From a virus, in the IMG/VR virus record IMGVR_UViG_3300049846_001597, positions 1 to 64,000 of that record: 64,000 nucleotides of DNA; one strand, 5' to 3'. Position 1 is the stretch's first letter, and each line of letters starts with the position of its first letter. Under the pieces are notes generated by a model. That model searched no databases. It was given only the letters and a program-made list of their open reading frames with translations, and was not told where the DNA came from. Position numbers and translations under genes: made by a program. Below are positions 1 through 9,335 of the stretch, one piece after another.

Positions 1-697
1 GGCGCGCCTCGCGCATGGCTTGAATTTCAGATGGACTTGAGCCCCTGACCAAAAGTCTCAATGCAATCGCCCCGCCTGAAGATTCCACCGGAGGCACAAG
101 CAATAGCGGCCTGCGCTCAAGCGGATCATCCAGCGGGGATAGGCTAACAGAAGCGACCGGCGCACCGATATAACGAGCTAAGTCAGGGTCGTCTGTGATC
201 GCCCTTACCGCTGGATGACCGAGATAGATGCTATCGGCTTCAGCTGCGGCGCGGGCCTCACGCGCCGCTTCTGTGTCGCCCTGCGCTTCGATCTCAATCG
301 CATAGCGCTCGTGAACCCAAGCGGGGAGGGTGTCATTCTTGCGGGTGCGGCCAACGGGAGCTGGAATGTGCTCGGCGGCGGCGGCGCGCTGCTCGCCGTA
401 AGAGACAAAATCACGCGCGAGGGCCGCCAGTGTTTCGAGCGCCGTGCGCCAGCCCGTGTAGCCCTCCAAGAAGCGAAACACCTTGAGCGCCTTGGTGACG
501 GTGGAGCGATCACGATTGAGCAGGCGGGCGGCGTCTTCCACCTGAATATCGAAGTGCTCAACCAAAAGGTGGGCGGCCAGATAGCGACCAAAGATGAGGC
601 CGCGCGCGCCGCGCCCCGGTGCGGCGAGTGCGCCCAGCGGCAAACCAGCATCCAGCTCAATCAAGCCGGTGACGCGACGGACTAGCTCGGTGCTCAT
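1..697 (-). CDS. DnaA C-terminal-like HTH DNA-binding protein (3' end runs off the window)
   Basis: Not in ORF track because it has no stop in the window. Translated by hand from ATG at 697: MSTELVRRVTGLIELDAG...GRYLAAHLLVEHFDIQVEDAARLLNRDRSTVTKAL, resembling the Bac_DnaA_C 'R..A.YL...I...F.RDHSTV..A' pattern. Frame open to position 1. Confidence 0.65.
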   Translation of the reverse strand, partial: MSTELVRRVTGLIELDAGLPLGALAAPGRGARGLIFGRYLAAHLLVEHFDIQVEDAARLLNRDRSTVTKALKVFRFLEGYTGWRTALETLAALARDFVSYGEQRAAAAEHIPAPVGRTRKNDTLPAWVHERYAIEIEAQGDTEAAREARAAAEADSIYLGHPAVRAITDDPDLARYIGAPVASVSLSPLDDPLERRPLLLVPPVESSGGAIALRLLVRGSSPSEIQAMREAR

Positions 698-753
698 GTC
701 AAGCGCCGAGATACCGCTAGACCCTTAAAAAAGCGTGACATGCAGATTGCGTA

Positions 754-781
754 TTGACTACTAACGCGCGCCGACTATTTT
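754..781 (+). promoter_or_regulatory. Putative sigma70-type promoter in the divergent intergenic region
   Basis: TTGACT-16 nt-TATTTT upstream of RBS-like AAGGGA and GTG at 813. Confidence 0.4.
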
Positions 782-812
782 GGCTTCCGTAAGCAATACG
801 AAGGGAACGACC

Positions 813-2858
813 GTGCCGCCTACACACACCCCTAATGGAGTTCTGATTGGGTCGCCGCCGCTTTGGCGCCAACGCGGAATATACGACGCTGAACTTGGGC
901 CTGCGCCAAATGACGGCGCGGAGCTGGCGCTCCGCGCCTTGCGCAACGAACCCACTTATACGGGCGTCCGCGACAACATTACCTACATGGTGGAATGGAG
1001 CGGCACGCCGCAAGGCGAGGTTCCGCACCCGACGATTGCGCGTGGCAGCTTTCCAACCGACTTCTGGCAAGAGGAGCATTACAACTATCAGGATGGCTAC
1101 CCGCTCTCCGCCGACGCCCGCATGATTTTGGAAGTGTGGCTTGGGCTCTATCAGGAGCCAGCTGCGCCTATCGACTACCCCGGCAACATGACCGCAGATT
1201 TGGCGCGCCAAATTTTGGCGGCCCCGAACGGCGCCGAATACGAGCGGCTTCTGATGTTGTGGCGCGACCCGGACGATAATTTCCCCTACTTTGGTTCCAG
1301 CCGCAGGCTGGAACACTATGCGGCGCCGAACCGCCCGCGCGGGTGGGCGAAGGCGGCGTTGCTGGCGGCCTACGAGGCGCGCCCGCGCGACCCCGGCGCC
1401 ATGCCGCCAGACTTCCGCGAGCTGCTTGAATATTGGGCGAGCGCGCCGCAGCCTGCCGCGCCTGCCGCGCCTGCCGCTTGGGCGCCGCAACCGTGGGCTG
1501 ACTCCGCCGAGGAGCGATACTTCCGCGATCACATGAACGCCGTTCTCGGTCGCGAAGGCCGCGACGCGCGCGACAACTACGGTGAAAACCATGAGTCTTG
1601 GCCGACTTGGGCGCGTGAGGTGCTGATGGGGCCGGATGAAGACTACGACGAGGAAGACGCCTGGGTTGCTTTTGACGCGAGCCCCGCCGCTGAAGCGGCG
1701 CGCGCGGCCAGCAACGGGTGGCCGATCTATTACACCCGCCGCCGCAACGCCATCCGTGTTCTCGTAATGGGCCGCGAGCCGCTGGCTTTGCCGTCTGTGG
1801 CGCGCCGGGTCGCGCCGGAGGTGGATGTCAGGAAGCCGCTGAAGCGGGTCAATGTCGAGCGCATCAAGGCGCGGCTGCCGGGCGTCAATGGTGCAACCGC
1901 TGGCTGCTCGTGCAACGTTTGCGCTAATCTGCGCAAAGCCGTTGATGGCAAAGACCCGCTGACGGCGCGCGACGCCAATCAAGTCGCTGCCGCTAAAGAG
2001 TACGCCGAAAAGGGGCGCACGTTTGGTGTCGAGATTGAGGGCTTCTTGCCGAAGGCCGAAGCGGCTGAAGCGGGCAGCCTCAACATGCACCAATATCTCA
2101 ATCTGAAGCTGGCTGAGGCGGGGTTGAAAGCGCGCGGCGCAGGCGGCGGCGCGGCCTGGGGCGTCAAGAACGATTCATCCTTGCGCGACGGCCCGCGCGG
2201 CGCGACTGCGATTGAGCTGGTGTCGCCGATCCTGCGGGGTGAAGATGGGCTTCAGCAAATCGCCAAGGCGGCGGCGGTGCTCAATGCGCTCGGCGGCTCC
2301 GTCAACAAGAGCGCTGGCCTCCACGTCCACGTGGGCGCGAAAGATTTGAACCTTGAGCAGCGTCGTAACTTGCTGTCGCAATTTGTGCGCTACGAGCGGT
2401 TCTTTGATCTGATCTTGCCTGCGTCACGCCGGTCAAACCGCTACGCCAATTCGCTGCGCGAGAAGGCCTCGGCCACCAAGAACAAGAGCTGGAAGGCGGC
2501 GGAGCACGCGATCCTCTCCATCCTGGCGGCAAAGACTGAGGATGAATTGCGCCGGGTCGCCGTCTGGGACGATCACCATGCGGCGCTTTCGGATGCGCGC
2601 GCTAAGCACGGCACGTTTGAGTTCCGCCAGCACTCTGGCTCGATGAACGGCGAGAAGATCATCAATTGGGTGCGCCTCGTGACCGCGTTTGTTGAGGCGG
2701 CCAAGGATAAGCCTGCGCTGCCCTTCTACTCGCGCAAGCTCTCGGATGAAGAGGAGATGGAGAAGTTTTTCGAGACGTTCTCCATCCCACGCGATCTGCG
2801 CGCTTACTACAGGAAGCGCCACGCGGCGCTCTACGCCAACCCGGAAGACGACAACTAG
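813..2858 (+). CDS. Putative amidoligase (COOH-NH2 ligase, Amidoligase_2-like) with a long N-terminal extension
   Basis: Motifs RTFGVEIE, DSSL, ELVSPIL, SAGLHVHVG, TFEFRQHSGS. Start moved to GTG 813 by RBS. Confidence 0.85.
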   Translation: MPPTHTPNGVLIGSPPLWRQRGIYDAELGPAPNDGAELALRALRNEPTYTGVRDNITYMVEWSGTPQGEVPHPTIARGSFPTDFWQEEHYNYQDGYPLSADARMILEVWLGLYQEPAAPIDYPGNMTADLARQILAAPNGAEYERLLMLWRDPDDNFPYFGSSRRLEHYAAPNRPRGWAKAALLAAYEARPRDPGAMPPDFRELLEYWASAPQPAAPAAPAAWAPQPWADSAEERYFRDHMNAVLGREGRDARDNYGENHESWPTWAREVLMGPDEDYDEEDAWVAFDASPAAEAARAASNGWPIYYTRRRNAIRVLVMGREPLALPSVARRVAPEVDVRKPLKRVNVERIKARLPGVNGATAGCSCNVCANLRKAVDGKDPLTARDANQVAAAKEYAEKGRTFGVEIEGFLPKAEAAEAGSLNMHQYLNLKLAEAGLKARGAGGGAAWGVKNDSSLRDGPRGATAIELVSPILRGEDGLQQIAKAAAVLNALGGSVNKSAGLHVHVGAKDLNLEQRRNLLSQFVRYERFFDLILPASRRSNRYANSLREKASATKNKSWKAAEHAILSILAAKTEDELRRVAVWDDHHAALSDARAKHGTFEFRQHSGSMNGEKIINWVRLVTAFVEAAKDKPALPFYSRKLSDEEEMEKFFETFSIPRDLRAYYRKRHAALYANPEDDN

Positions 2859-2884
2859 AAAGTCAAAACGGAGACTGTCCTACT

Positions 2885-3853
2885 ATGAAACTGCACAAAG
2901 ACTTGCTGCCTCAGCGCGGCTTCGGCGTCGAGATCGAGCACCACCAGCCACCCGGAACCCCCACGAATTTTATCGTGGATGCGCTCGCAGCCGTGGGCCT
3001 CGATGTCGATTACGGGCGCTCCAGCACCACCCAATGGCGCGTCAATCGCGAAGACCCCGATGTCGAGGTGAAGTCGCCCATCCTGCGCGGCGAGAAGGGC
3101 ATCGCTGAACTCCAGCGGGCGATGAATGCGCTTGTTGGCATCGGCGGCTACGTTAGCGCAGGCGCAGGCATGCACGTCCATTTCAGCCGCGACGATCTTA
3201 CGCCCGCGCAGTTGGCCAATTGGGCTTGGGGCTACATCCGCCACGAGCCGCAGATCGATCAGATCGTCTCAAAGATGCGGTCTGAGGAGGGGCGCATGTA
3301 TAATCGCTCCAATCTTACAAGCATCGAACGCCTGATGAGCAGGCCGACGCTCCAATGTACCTGCGGGTCTTGCGCGAGAGATTACCGCGAGCGCCTTGCG
3401 CGGTGGCAGGCCGCCACCGATGCTGGCGCGCTACCGACGCCAGCGCAATGGGTGCGTGGCGACACGCGCTCCCCAGCATCGGTGGCTGCGTGCATTGGCG
3501 ACATCAATCAAAAGGGGCCGAAGTTTTCGATCCGCGCGTTCCCGACTGTTGAAATCCGCCAACACCAAGGCACGCTCAATGGCGCACGCGCCGGTCACTG
3601 GATCAGGCTGATGCTGGCATTGGCCGAGGTCGCAAAGGATGACGGCGAGAGCGTCGAAATTGTGCGTGGGACGGATGAGAAGACGTTCAAGCGCTTCTTG
3701 GTCTACACGCGCGCGCCGCTGACGACGCAGAATTATTGGTTGGTGCAACGCCGCCTGCTGCGCAACGCAAACATTCCATTGACTGGACTTGAGCTAACCC
3801 GTTCATGCCCTGAGTGCGCGGTGAAGGCGCCGATGCTGGCGGAGGTCGCCTGA
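2885..3853 (+). CDS. Putative amidoligase (second paralogue)
   Basis: FGVEIE, EVKSPIL, AGMHVHF, TVEIRQHQGT; RBS ACGGAG. Confidence 0.85.
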   Translation: MKLHKDLLPQRGFGVEIEHHQPPGTPTNFIVDALAAVGLDVDYGRSSTTQWRVNREDPDVEVKSPILRGEKGIAELQRAMNALVGIGGYVSAGAGMHVHFSRDDLTPAQLANWAWGYIRHEPQIDQIVSKMRSEEGRMYNRSNLTSIERLMSRPTLQCTCGSCARDYRERLARWQAATDAGALPTPAQWVRGDTRSPASVAACIGDINQKGPKFSIRAFPTVEIRQHQGTLNGARAGHWIRLMLALAEVAKDDGESVEIVRGTDEKTFKRFLVYTRAPLTTQNYWLVQRRLLRNANIPLTGLELTRSCPECAVKAPMLAEVA

Positions 3854-4836
3854 TGAGCTACCCCTATCAATCCATCGACTACAGCAAGATGCGTTGGGAC
3901 GTTCGCTTGCAAAAATTCGTGCCGAAGACGCTGCCGTCTGACGACAGCGGCATCGGCAAATCCAAAGAGCGACGCAACAAGAGCCAAAGGCAGCGTGAGA
4001 TGCGCAACAAGTTCAAGAACGCCTTCGGCAAGACCCCCTACCAAGCCTGGGACAGCCAGACCCGCTCCTGGCGCTGGTTTGGCGGCACCTGGGATAAGGC
4101 GCGCAAGCGTTGGCGTGAAGCACGTAAGAATTGGGAGGCGAGTGCGCCGCTCTATTTTGCCTACGGCTCCAATCTGAACATCAAGCAAATGGAAAAGCGC
4201 GCGCCAGAGGCGACGCTGTTTGCCTCGATGCGGATGCAGGATTGGAAGCTCGTCTTCCGTGGCGTGGCCGACATCGAGGCGGCTCCCGGCGACTACGTTG
4301 AAGGCGGCCTCTGGCGTATCACGGGCGCCGATGAGCTGGCGCTTGACCGTTACGAGGGGGTCAATAGCGGCATGTACATCAAAGATTACTTTACCGTGGG
4401 CTACACCAACAAAGCCGGTGAGCAGGTAGAGGAGCGGTGCTTGGTCTATTTAATGAACCGAGATCGTGGACAGAACGCGCCGTGGAAGTCATATTTCGAC
4501 TCAATTGTTGAAGGCTACGAGGACTTCGGTCTTGACCCAACCAAACTTCACGAGGCGCGGGCGGCGGCTGAAGCCATCGAGGCGGTTGCGAAAGCTGAGC
4601 GAGAAGCCAAGTACCGCGCCGCCTACCGCGCCAACCCGAAGCCAAAGACCGGGCGCGGCTTCTACGACGACCATCAGGACTACTACCCCAAGAGCTACTA
4701 CAACCACCAAGGCAACTACTATGACGGGCCGAGCTACGACCAAGACGAAGACGAAGCGCCCGGCAAGCGGGAGCCGAACAAAGTCGAGTTCGATGAGTGG
4801 GTCCGCGCGTTCTACGGGCTCGATGGGGCCGACTAA
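3853..4836 (+). CDS. Gamma-glutamylcyclotransferase (GGCT/AIG2-like) with basic N-terminal and Tyr-rich C-terminal extensions
   Basis: LYFAYGSNLN...QM, LDRYEG motifs; TGATG overlap with upstream gene. Confidence 0.85.
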   Translation: MSYPYQSIDYSKMRWDVRLQKFVPKTLPSDDSGIGKSKERRNKSQRQREMRNKFKNAFGKTPYQAWDSQTRSWRWFGGTWDKARKRWREARKNWEASAPLYFAYGSNLNIKQMEKRAPEATLFASMRMQDWKLVFRGVADIEAAPGDYVEGGLWRITGADELALDRYEGVNSGMYIKDYFTVGYTNKAGEQVEERCLVYLMNRDRGQNAPWKSYFDSIVEGYEDFGLDPTKLHEARAAAEAIEAVAKAEREAKYRAAYRANPKPKTGRGFYDDHQDYYPKSYYNHQGNYYDGPSYDQDEDEAPGKREPNKVEFDEWVRAFYGLDGAD

Positions 4837-5050
4837 AGCGCAGCAGCGTTGGCGGGACAGTTTCCCCGTCAACGCTGCGATCTTTGACGTAGCGGCTGAA
4901 ATGACGCCGGAGGAGATCGCAGCCGCGCTCCGGGTTAGCGTGCAAACGGTTTACTCCTGGCGGCGCACGAAGGCGGTGCGTGCGCCGAAGTCGGCTTTGG
5001 CGCTGCTCTGCCACGAGATCGGCGCGCCAAGTCACCCACTATCGCGCTAG
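4823..5050 (+). CDS. Small HTH DNA-binding protein
   Basis: MTPEEIAAALRVSVQTVYSWRR; start uncertain (4823 or 4901). Confidence 0.65.
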   Translation: MGPTKAQQRWRDSFPVNAAIFDVAAEMTPEEIAAALRVSVQTVYSWRRTKAVRAPKSALALLCHEIGAPSHPLSR

Positions 5051-5589
5051 GTTTCGGCGGCTACTTTAAACTCATCTTCGTTTACGCCAAACGTCCAGGC
5101 TCTGGCCTGACGCACTGACCGCATCGACGGCGGCACGCAAAGCACGTGCTTGGTTTTCTTACTCGGACACGTCACGACCAGCACCGCCGCTGGGAACTCC
5201 GGGTGCGTAAAAACCAGCGAGTCAAACCTATAGAGCGCGCCTTCGCGCGTCTTATCGATCACCCACACGCGATAGTAGGGGCGATGATTCCGTACGCCGT
5301 AGTCGTGCATCCGAGGTGTTGAGAGTAAGCGATCCGCCATCTGATAGAGACGCCAAGCCCGTATATCGAGCGCGGTCGGTTGCCGTCCCCCACGTCGCGC
5401 CACGTGCAGGGAGGTCTTCGCACCTCGCTTTGTCATGGCGATCACCTCAGCCTCAAGCGTTTCTCGCAAATCGTTTATCTCTGCGGCCTTGAGTCCGCGA
5501 CACGGGCGTGGGCGGTCGCGCCACGCATCCAGATGCGCGTTCAGACTTCTGAACGGCGCATCCAGCCAGCGCGCCAGAAACCAACTCAT
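5047..5589 (-). CDS. DUF6745-like phage protein (paralogue 2)
   Basis: C-terminal VTCPS...H.LCVPP.M....QARAWTFG motif. Confidence 0.65.
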   Translation of the reverse strand: MSWFLARWLDAPFRSLNAHLDAWRDRPRPCRGLKAAEINDLRETLEAEVIAMTKRGAKTSLHVARRGGRQPTALDIRAWRLYQMADRLLSTPRMHDYGVRNHRPYYRVWVIDKTREGALYRFDSLVFTHPEFPAAVLVVTCPSKKTKHVLCVPPSMRSVRQARAWTFGVNEDEFKVAAET

Positions 5590-6281
5590 GTTTCGATCTC
5601 CAGGGCTTCAAAATCTTCCGGCGCGAGGCCGAACGTCCAGGCGCGCGCTTGCTTGGCGGTCTGCATCGTGACCGGCACGAAGAGGACATGGGGTTTGTTC
5701 GTGGAAGGGCAGGCGACGAGAAGCGCGCGCGCCGGGGCGTCTCTAATCTCAAACAGCCGCCCATGATCGTCTTGGCCCCGCAGGGCAACCGCACCCATCC
5801 CGAAGTCACCGCGCGCCATACGCAGGCTGCGCCGCGTTAGCTCGTAGCGGCGCTCCAGGGCGGTTTCTTCTCTTATCGGTTCATAGACCGCCATGCCGTA
5901 TCGGCGTTGCTCTATGGCGAGGCCAATCTTGGTGTAGGATAGGCCGAGGTCGCCGTGCGGGGATTCAATCAGCTCGACGCGCCCGCTCATGTCCTTCAAT
6001 TCGCTAATGAGGGCGTCTACGAGGTCTGGGAAGACTGCAGTGCTGATGTGCGCCGTGGCGCGGAGGATGTCAGTCGCGCGGGCAAAACGGTAAGAGTCGT
6101 AGCCGTATAGTGTTGACGTGCGCACGTTGATGGAGGCCCAGCGGCGCTCGGCGTTGCGTATCAGCTCGCGCCTTGCTGCTTGACGTTGACGTTCGGCTTC
6201 TTGCTCCAGAAGCTGGCGCTCGCGGTAGTTGCGCATCCAGATGTCGCTCCAATCAACGTGGCCGCCGTAATCGTCATCCAT
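5586..6281 (-). CDS. DUF6745-like phage protein (paralogue 1)
   Basis: C-terminal VACPST..PH.LFVP..M.TA.QARAWTFG motif. Confidence 0.65.
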   Translation of the reverse strand: MDDDYGGHVDWSDIWMRNYRERQLLEQEAERQRQAARRELIRNAERRWASINVRTSTLYGYDSYRFARATDILRATAHISTAVFPDLVDALISELKDMSGRVELIESPHGDLGLSYTKIGLAIEQRRYGMAVYEPIREETALERRYELTRRSLRMARGDFGMGAVALRGQDDHGRLFEIRDAPARALLVACPSTNKPHVLFVPVTMQTAKQARAWTFGLAPEDFEALEIET

Positions 6282-6295
6282 TTCCGTGGCTCCGA

Positions 6296-6333
6296 AAAGA
6301 AAAGGGGGCAGGCGACTGGAGCCCGCCCCCTGG
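6296..6333 (-). terminator. Rho-independent terminator/attenuator hairpin
   Basis: Minus strand GGGGGCGGGC-loop-GCCTGCCCCC followed by TTTTCTTTT. Confidence 0.6.
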
Positions 6334-6358
6334 CAGTGTTTGACTTCGATGACGGCGT

Positions 6359-6742
6359 TTAATCGAAGGCGCGCACCGCCATCTCGTCGCCGATCTCTTC
6401 GCGTTGCTGGACGACGCGATATGCGCCGGGTTCGACGGTGATCGGGTTGTGGTCGGCTTGCTTGCCGCTTTCATATTCGTGGCGCAGTTCCGCGCCGCCG
6501 CCGCCAACAACAATGAAGTCGGTCATCGCACGCAGCTCAGGGCGGATGCCTGCGGCGGCGGCCAGCTCCGCCGTCTCGGCGCGGAAAGAGGTGACGTTGC
6601 TGGTGAAGCGATGGAGGTGGCCCGATTGCTCGCCTTCTGCGAGCACAACAGTCGAAGCGTCTTGTGCTTCGATGCCGTCTGGCACCTTGTCCACCGGGAC
6701 CAAGAGTACGTCGCCTTGGCGGATAAGCTTACGTGAGTTCAT
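6359..6742 (-). CDS. Conserved phage His-motif protein (RQGDV...GE.SGH.H...HE...QRE family)
   Basis: Motifs IRQGDVLL, LAEGEQSGHLH, LRHE, DHNPI, YRVVQQRE; recalled as a usual neighbour of DUF6745 genes. Confidence 0.7.
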   Translation of the reverse strand: MNSRKLIRQGDVLLVPVDKVPDGIEAQDASTVVLAEGEQSGHLHRFTSNVTSFRAETAELAAAAGIRPELRAMTDFIVVGGGGAELRHEYESGKQADHNPITVEPGAYRVVQQREEIGDEMAVRAFD

Positions 6743-6938
6743 GCGATTCTCCTCGCGGTCTGAGATTTCGTAGTCTTTAGAAGATGCGCCTTGGCGTCAA
6801 GCTGACGTGGGGAGGATCACGCCGGGGGTGAGGGTGCTTGAGCCAAGGCGCGCGAACCCAAGGCGGGTGAGTGCGGTGAAACCCTGGGTTCGTTGTCGTA
6901 CATCGATAGTAATCGAGACGCTTTCGCTTTACAAGCGA

Positions 6939-7169
6939 TTAGCGGCGAAGATTCTTGTTCACTGGCGGCGGCGCGCCATTGATGAGGTTTGACTTCACCA
7001 CGTAACGCTTCTCGACATCATCGTAAGTGGCCCACACGACGACATGGTGTTGGCGTTCTTCCTCGCGCCAATAGCGTTGCAGAATTTGCGCCTCGCGGAC
7101 GGCCTGGGCGCGCTGGGCGCGCGCATTAGCTTCACCGAGAGGGCGGGCGACATAGGCTCGTTTGGTCAT
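6939..7169 (-). CDS. Hypothetical protein
   Basis: ORF MTKRAYV..., co-oriented in array. Confidence 0.45.
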   Translation of the reverse strand: MTKRAYVARPLGEANARAQRAQAVREAQILQRYWREEERQHHVVVWATYDDVEKRYVVKSNLINGAPPPVNKNLRR

Positions 7170-7279
7170 GGGATTTAGTCTAGCGAACGCCTGCGTCTCG
7201 CTGCTTTTGGGAACGGCGTAGCAGCAAGACGCAGGTTCCACCCCGCGCGAGAGGGGTTAAATCGCGCGCGGGAGCCGGG

Positions 7280-7792
7280 TCACTTGCTTTCGTCTTCGTC
7301 GTTGGCGAAGTAGCGTGTGTTGTCCCACGCGCCGAGGCCGCCCATGATCTGCGGGTCGCCATACTTCACGGCGCGCGCGGGGAGGGCGTCGGCTGCCTGT
7401 GGCGCGGGCGGCGACACAAGCATCTTGTCCATGACCTTTTCAATGACCTGATCTGTGAACTCGCTGATCGGGCGCATTTCGCCACGGACGCTGACCTGAT
7501 CGGCGGCCACGTGCTTGGCGGTGATGCCGAGTTGCTCGGCGACTGCCGCGCGCAGCGCATCGTAGGCTAACTCGCTCAAGTCGCCGGTCGCATCGAAATC
7601 CTCGTCCTCGTCTTCCTCCTGTCCGTGATATGACAGATAGTAATCGTAAGAGAGGTTCTTCAGTTCGTTCATCCAAAACTTGCTGTCGCGCAGCGCGTCG
7701 TAGCCGATAGCGTCTTCAAGATGCGCGGCGTCTCCTTCTCCGTCCAGCAGCGCAACAGCTGCTGCCAGATCAGCAATGACAATGGTTTTCAT
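7280..7792 (-). CDS. Hypothetical acidic protein
   Basis: Good RBS (AGGAGACTGAGATG), typical codon usage. Confidence 0.65.
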   Translation of the reverse strand: MKTIVIADLAAAVALLDGEGDAAHLEDAIGYDALRDSKFWMNELKNLSYDYYLSYHGQEEDEDEDFDATGDLSELAYDALRAAVAEQLGITAKHVAADQVSVRGEMRPISEFTDQVIEKVMDKMLVSPPAPQAADALPARAVKYGDPQIMGGLGAWDNTRYFANDEDESK

Positions 7793-7802
7793 CTCAGTCT
7801 CC

Positions 7803-8357
7803 TTACGTCGCTTCCGTATCGCTTACTAGCGTCGATTCGTCAAGCGCTTCTCGCTTGATGGCTCGGATCGCACAACGGAGAGCGTCGCGATTGAGTTGGT
7901 AGTTGCGCGCGGCTTGTGCAAGGGAAATGTCTTTGCCTTTCGCGCGCGCCTCCAAAACTTCGCGTGCGGCGAAGCGCGCTTTTAATTGGCGGAAGGTGAG
8001 GTCGCGCTTGGAGCGCTTGTTTGTCTGTGGGCCGAGATCGATTTTGACGCCTAGCTCGCGCTGGATCATGCGCTTTGCGCCGCGCGCAGAGACGCCAGCG
8101 CGGCGGCAAATCTCGTCAAACGGATCGTTGCGCAGGTAGGCGCGCACGAGGTCGCGTCGTCGTGCGGTGACAGCGTGAATACGCTTGTCGTGACACGGGC
8201 GGCGACGGATGATGTAGACGCCAGCCTTCAGGCAAGCCGAGCGGAGGGCGGCTTCTGTCACGCCGAGCTGCGTAGCGGCCACTACAACCGGGGAGCCGAG
8301 CCGCACCAGCTCCACGCCGCGCTCAAATTTATCCTTTAGCGCCTCGCGCTCGGTCAT
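7803..8357 (-). CDS. Multi-HTH DNA-binding protein
   Basis: Three HTH-like segments (AATQLGVTEAAL; ICRRAGVS; LAQAARNYQLNRDAL). Confidence 0.55.
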   Translation of the reverse strand: MTEREALKDKFERGVELVRLGSPVVVAATQLGVTEAALRSACLKAGVYIIRRRPCHDKRIHAVTARRRDLVRAYLRNDPFDEICRRAGVSARGAKRMIQRELGVKIDLGPQTNKRSKRDLTFRQLKARFAAREVLEARAKGKDISLAQAARNYQLNRDALRCAIRAIKREALDESTLVSDTEAT

Positions 8358-8515
8358 CCTGAAACTCCTCGGTCAAGGGTAGCTCCTGAGGGTTACTGTG
8401 GAATAAACGAGTGAGCTGCCGACCGCAGGCGGCGCACGGGTAAAACCAGCGGACGTTTACTTGAGGGAGTTCAGAATGCGCGGCGTAATAAGCCAGAACG
8501 GCGCGCCAGTTGCGT

Positions 8516-8713
8516 TCAGCTGGGCAGGGTAGGCGGTTGCACATCCTGATCTGATGATGCGCTTGATTCGGTCTGTGCGCGATACGCCGCCTCTACGCAG
8601 AGGTCGCAGACGTAGGCATATTCCCGACGCTCGCAGCCCTCGCGCGCATTCGACCAAAGTTTACGCACTTCGTATCGAGTGCGCTCACAGAAGGAGCAGC
8701 GCGGCTCGGTCAC
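8516..8713 (-). CDS. Stand-alone ClpX-type C4 zinc-finger protein
   Basis: CSFC.R....VRKL.....VCDLCV matches the ClpX zinc-binding domain pattern. Confidence 0.65.
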   Translation of the reverse strand: MTEPRCSFCERTRYEVRKLWSNAREGCERREYAYVCDLCVEAAYRAQTESSASSDQDVQPPTLPS

Positions 8714-8714
8714 A

Positions 8715-8990
8715 TCAATCCTCTCCCGTCGCCTGCTTGATGCGCTCCGCGAGATCGCAACCCATCTTGTTCATCCGTCCACCGAGCGCTAGCTCGATGT
8801 TCTCGACGCGACGGATTAGCGTCATTGTGTCGAGCGTAACGCTGTCAACGCCACCAGCGAACGCAGCGCGAGGCCGCAGGCCTTTAGCGTGAAGTCGAGC
8901 GATCATGCAGCAAGGGCAGAGTAGGCCGCTGTCGTCTCCGTTGGTGGAAATCTGCACGTAGGGGCGGTCGCAATCCTCGCACGCGCTCAT
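8715..8990 (-). CDS. Hypothetical Zn-finger protein
   Basis: CxxC...CxxC; overlaps neighbours by ATGA. Confidence 0.5.
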   Translation of the reverse strand: MSACEDCDRPYVQISTNGDDSGLLCPCCMIARLHAKGLRPRAAFAGGVDSVTLDTMTLIRRVENIELALGGRMNKMGCDLAERIKQATGED

Positions 8991-9286
8991 CCTTCCCTCC
9001 CATTCGCATCATCCTGACCGGCGCAAAGATCGCCGTTGTTCGATCCGCGCTGATTGCACGCGTAACAAGCCAGCCGCAGATTACCGAAAGCGCTCGTCCC
9101 GCCACGCGACAACTGCACCACGTGCTCAATCGTCAGGCGGCGAGGATTGTCGGAGCGACCGTGCTGGATCAGCTTGATCCCGCAGTGGTAGCACGTCTTG
9201 CCGTACTTGCGGATCAAGTCTTTTCGATAGCCGCGAGCGCGCTTCCGTTGCTGATGTCTGCGGGCCGTTACGCTTTTTGCCATCAA
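8987..9286 (-). CDS. HNH endonuclease
   Basis: CYHCG...LTIEHVV..SRGG....NL..ACYACN. Confidence 0.85.
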   Translation of the reverse strand: MMAKSVTARRHQQRKRARGYRKDLIRKYGKTCYHCGIKLIQHGRSDNPRRLTIEHVVQLSRGGTSAFGNLRLACYACNQRGSNNGDLCAGQDDANGREG

Positions 9287-9335
9287 GCATCATCCTGACC
9301 GGACGTCGCTCTCGATAGGCCGTACTCTGGTGCGG

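Noticed and set aside
205-685. ORF-track calls 205..660 (-) and 215..685 (+)
   Set aside because: Shadow ORFs of the frame 697->1 (-), which has an HTH motif but no stop in the window.
1445-1480. 9-bp tandem repeats (also ~16875-16905)
   Set aside because: Encode Pro/Ala linkers within CDSs; no regulatory evidence.
717-2093. 458-aa minus-strand ORF, and similar long antisense ORFs (e.g. 32239..33120, 49066..49851, 62500..63855)
   Set aside because: Antisense shadows of well-supported genes, typical of high-GC DNA.
5047-6281. Diversity-generating retroelement TR/VR pair
   Set aside because: Similarity is at protein level with changes at all bases, and no reverse transcriptase is present in the window.
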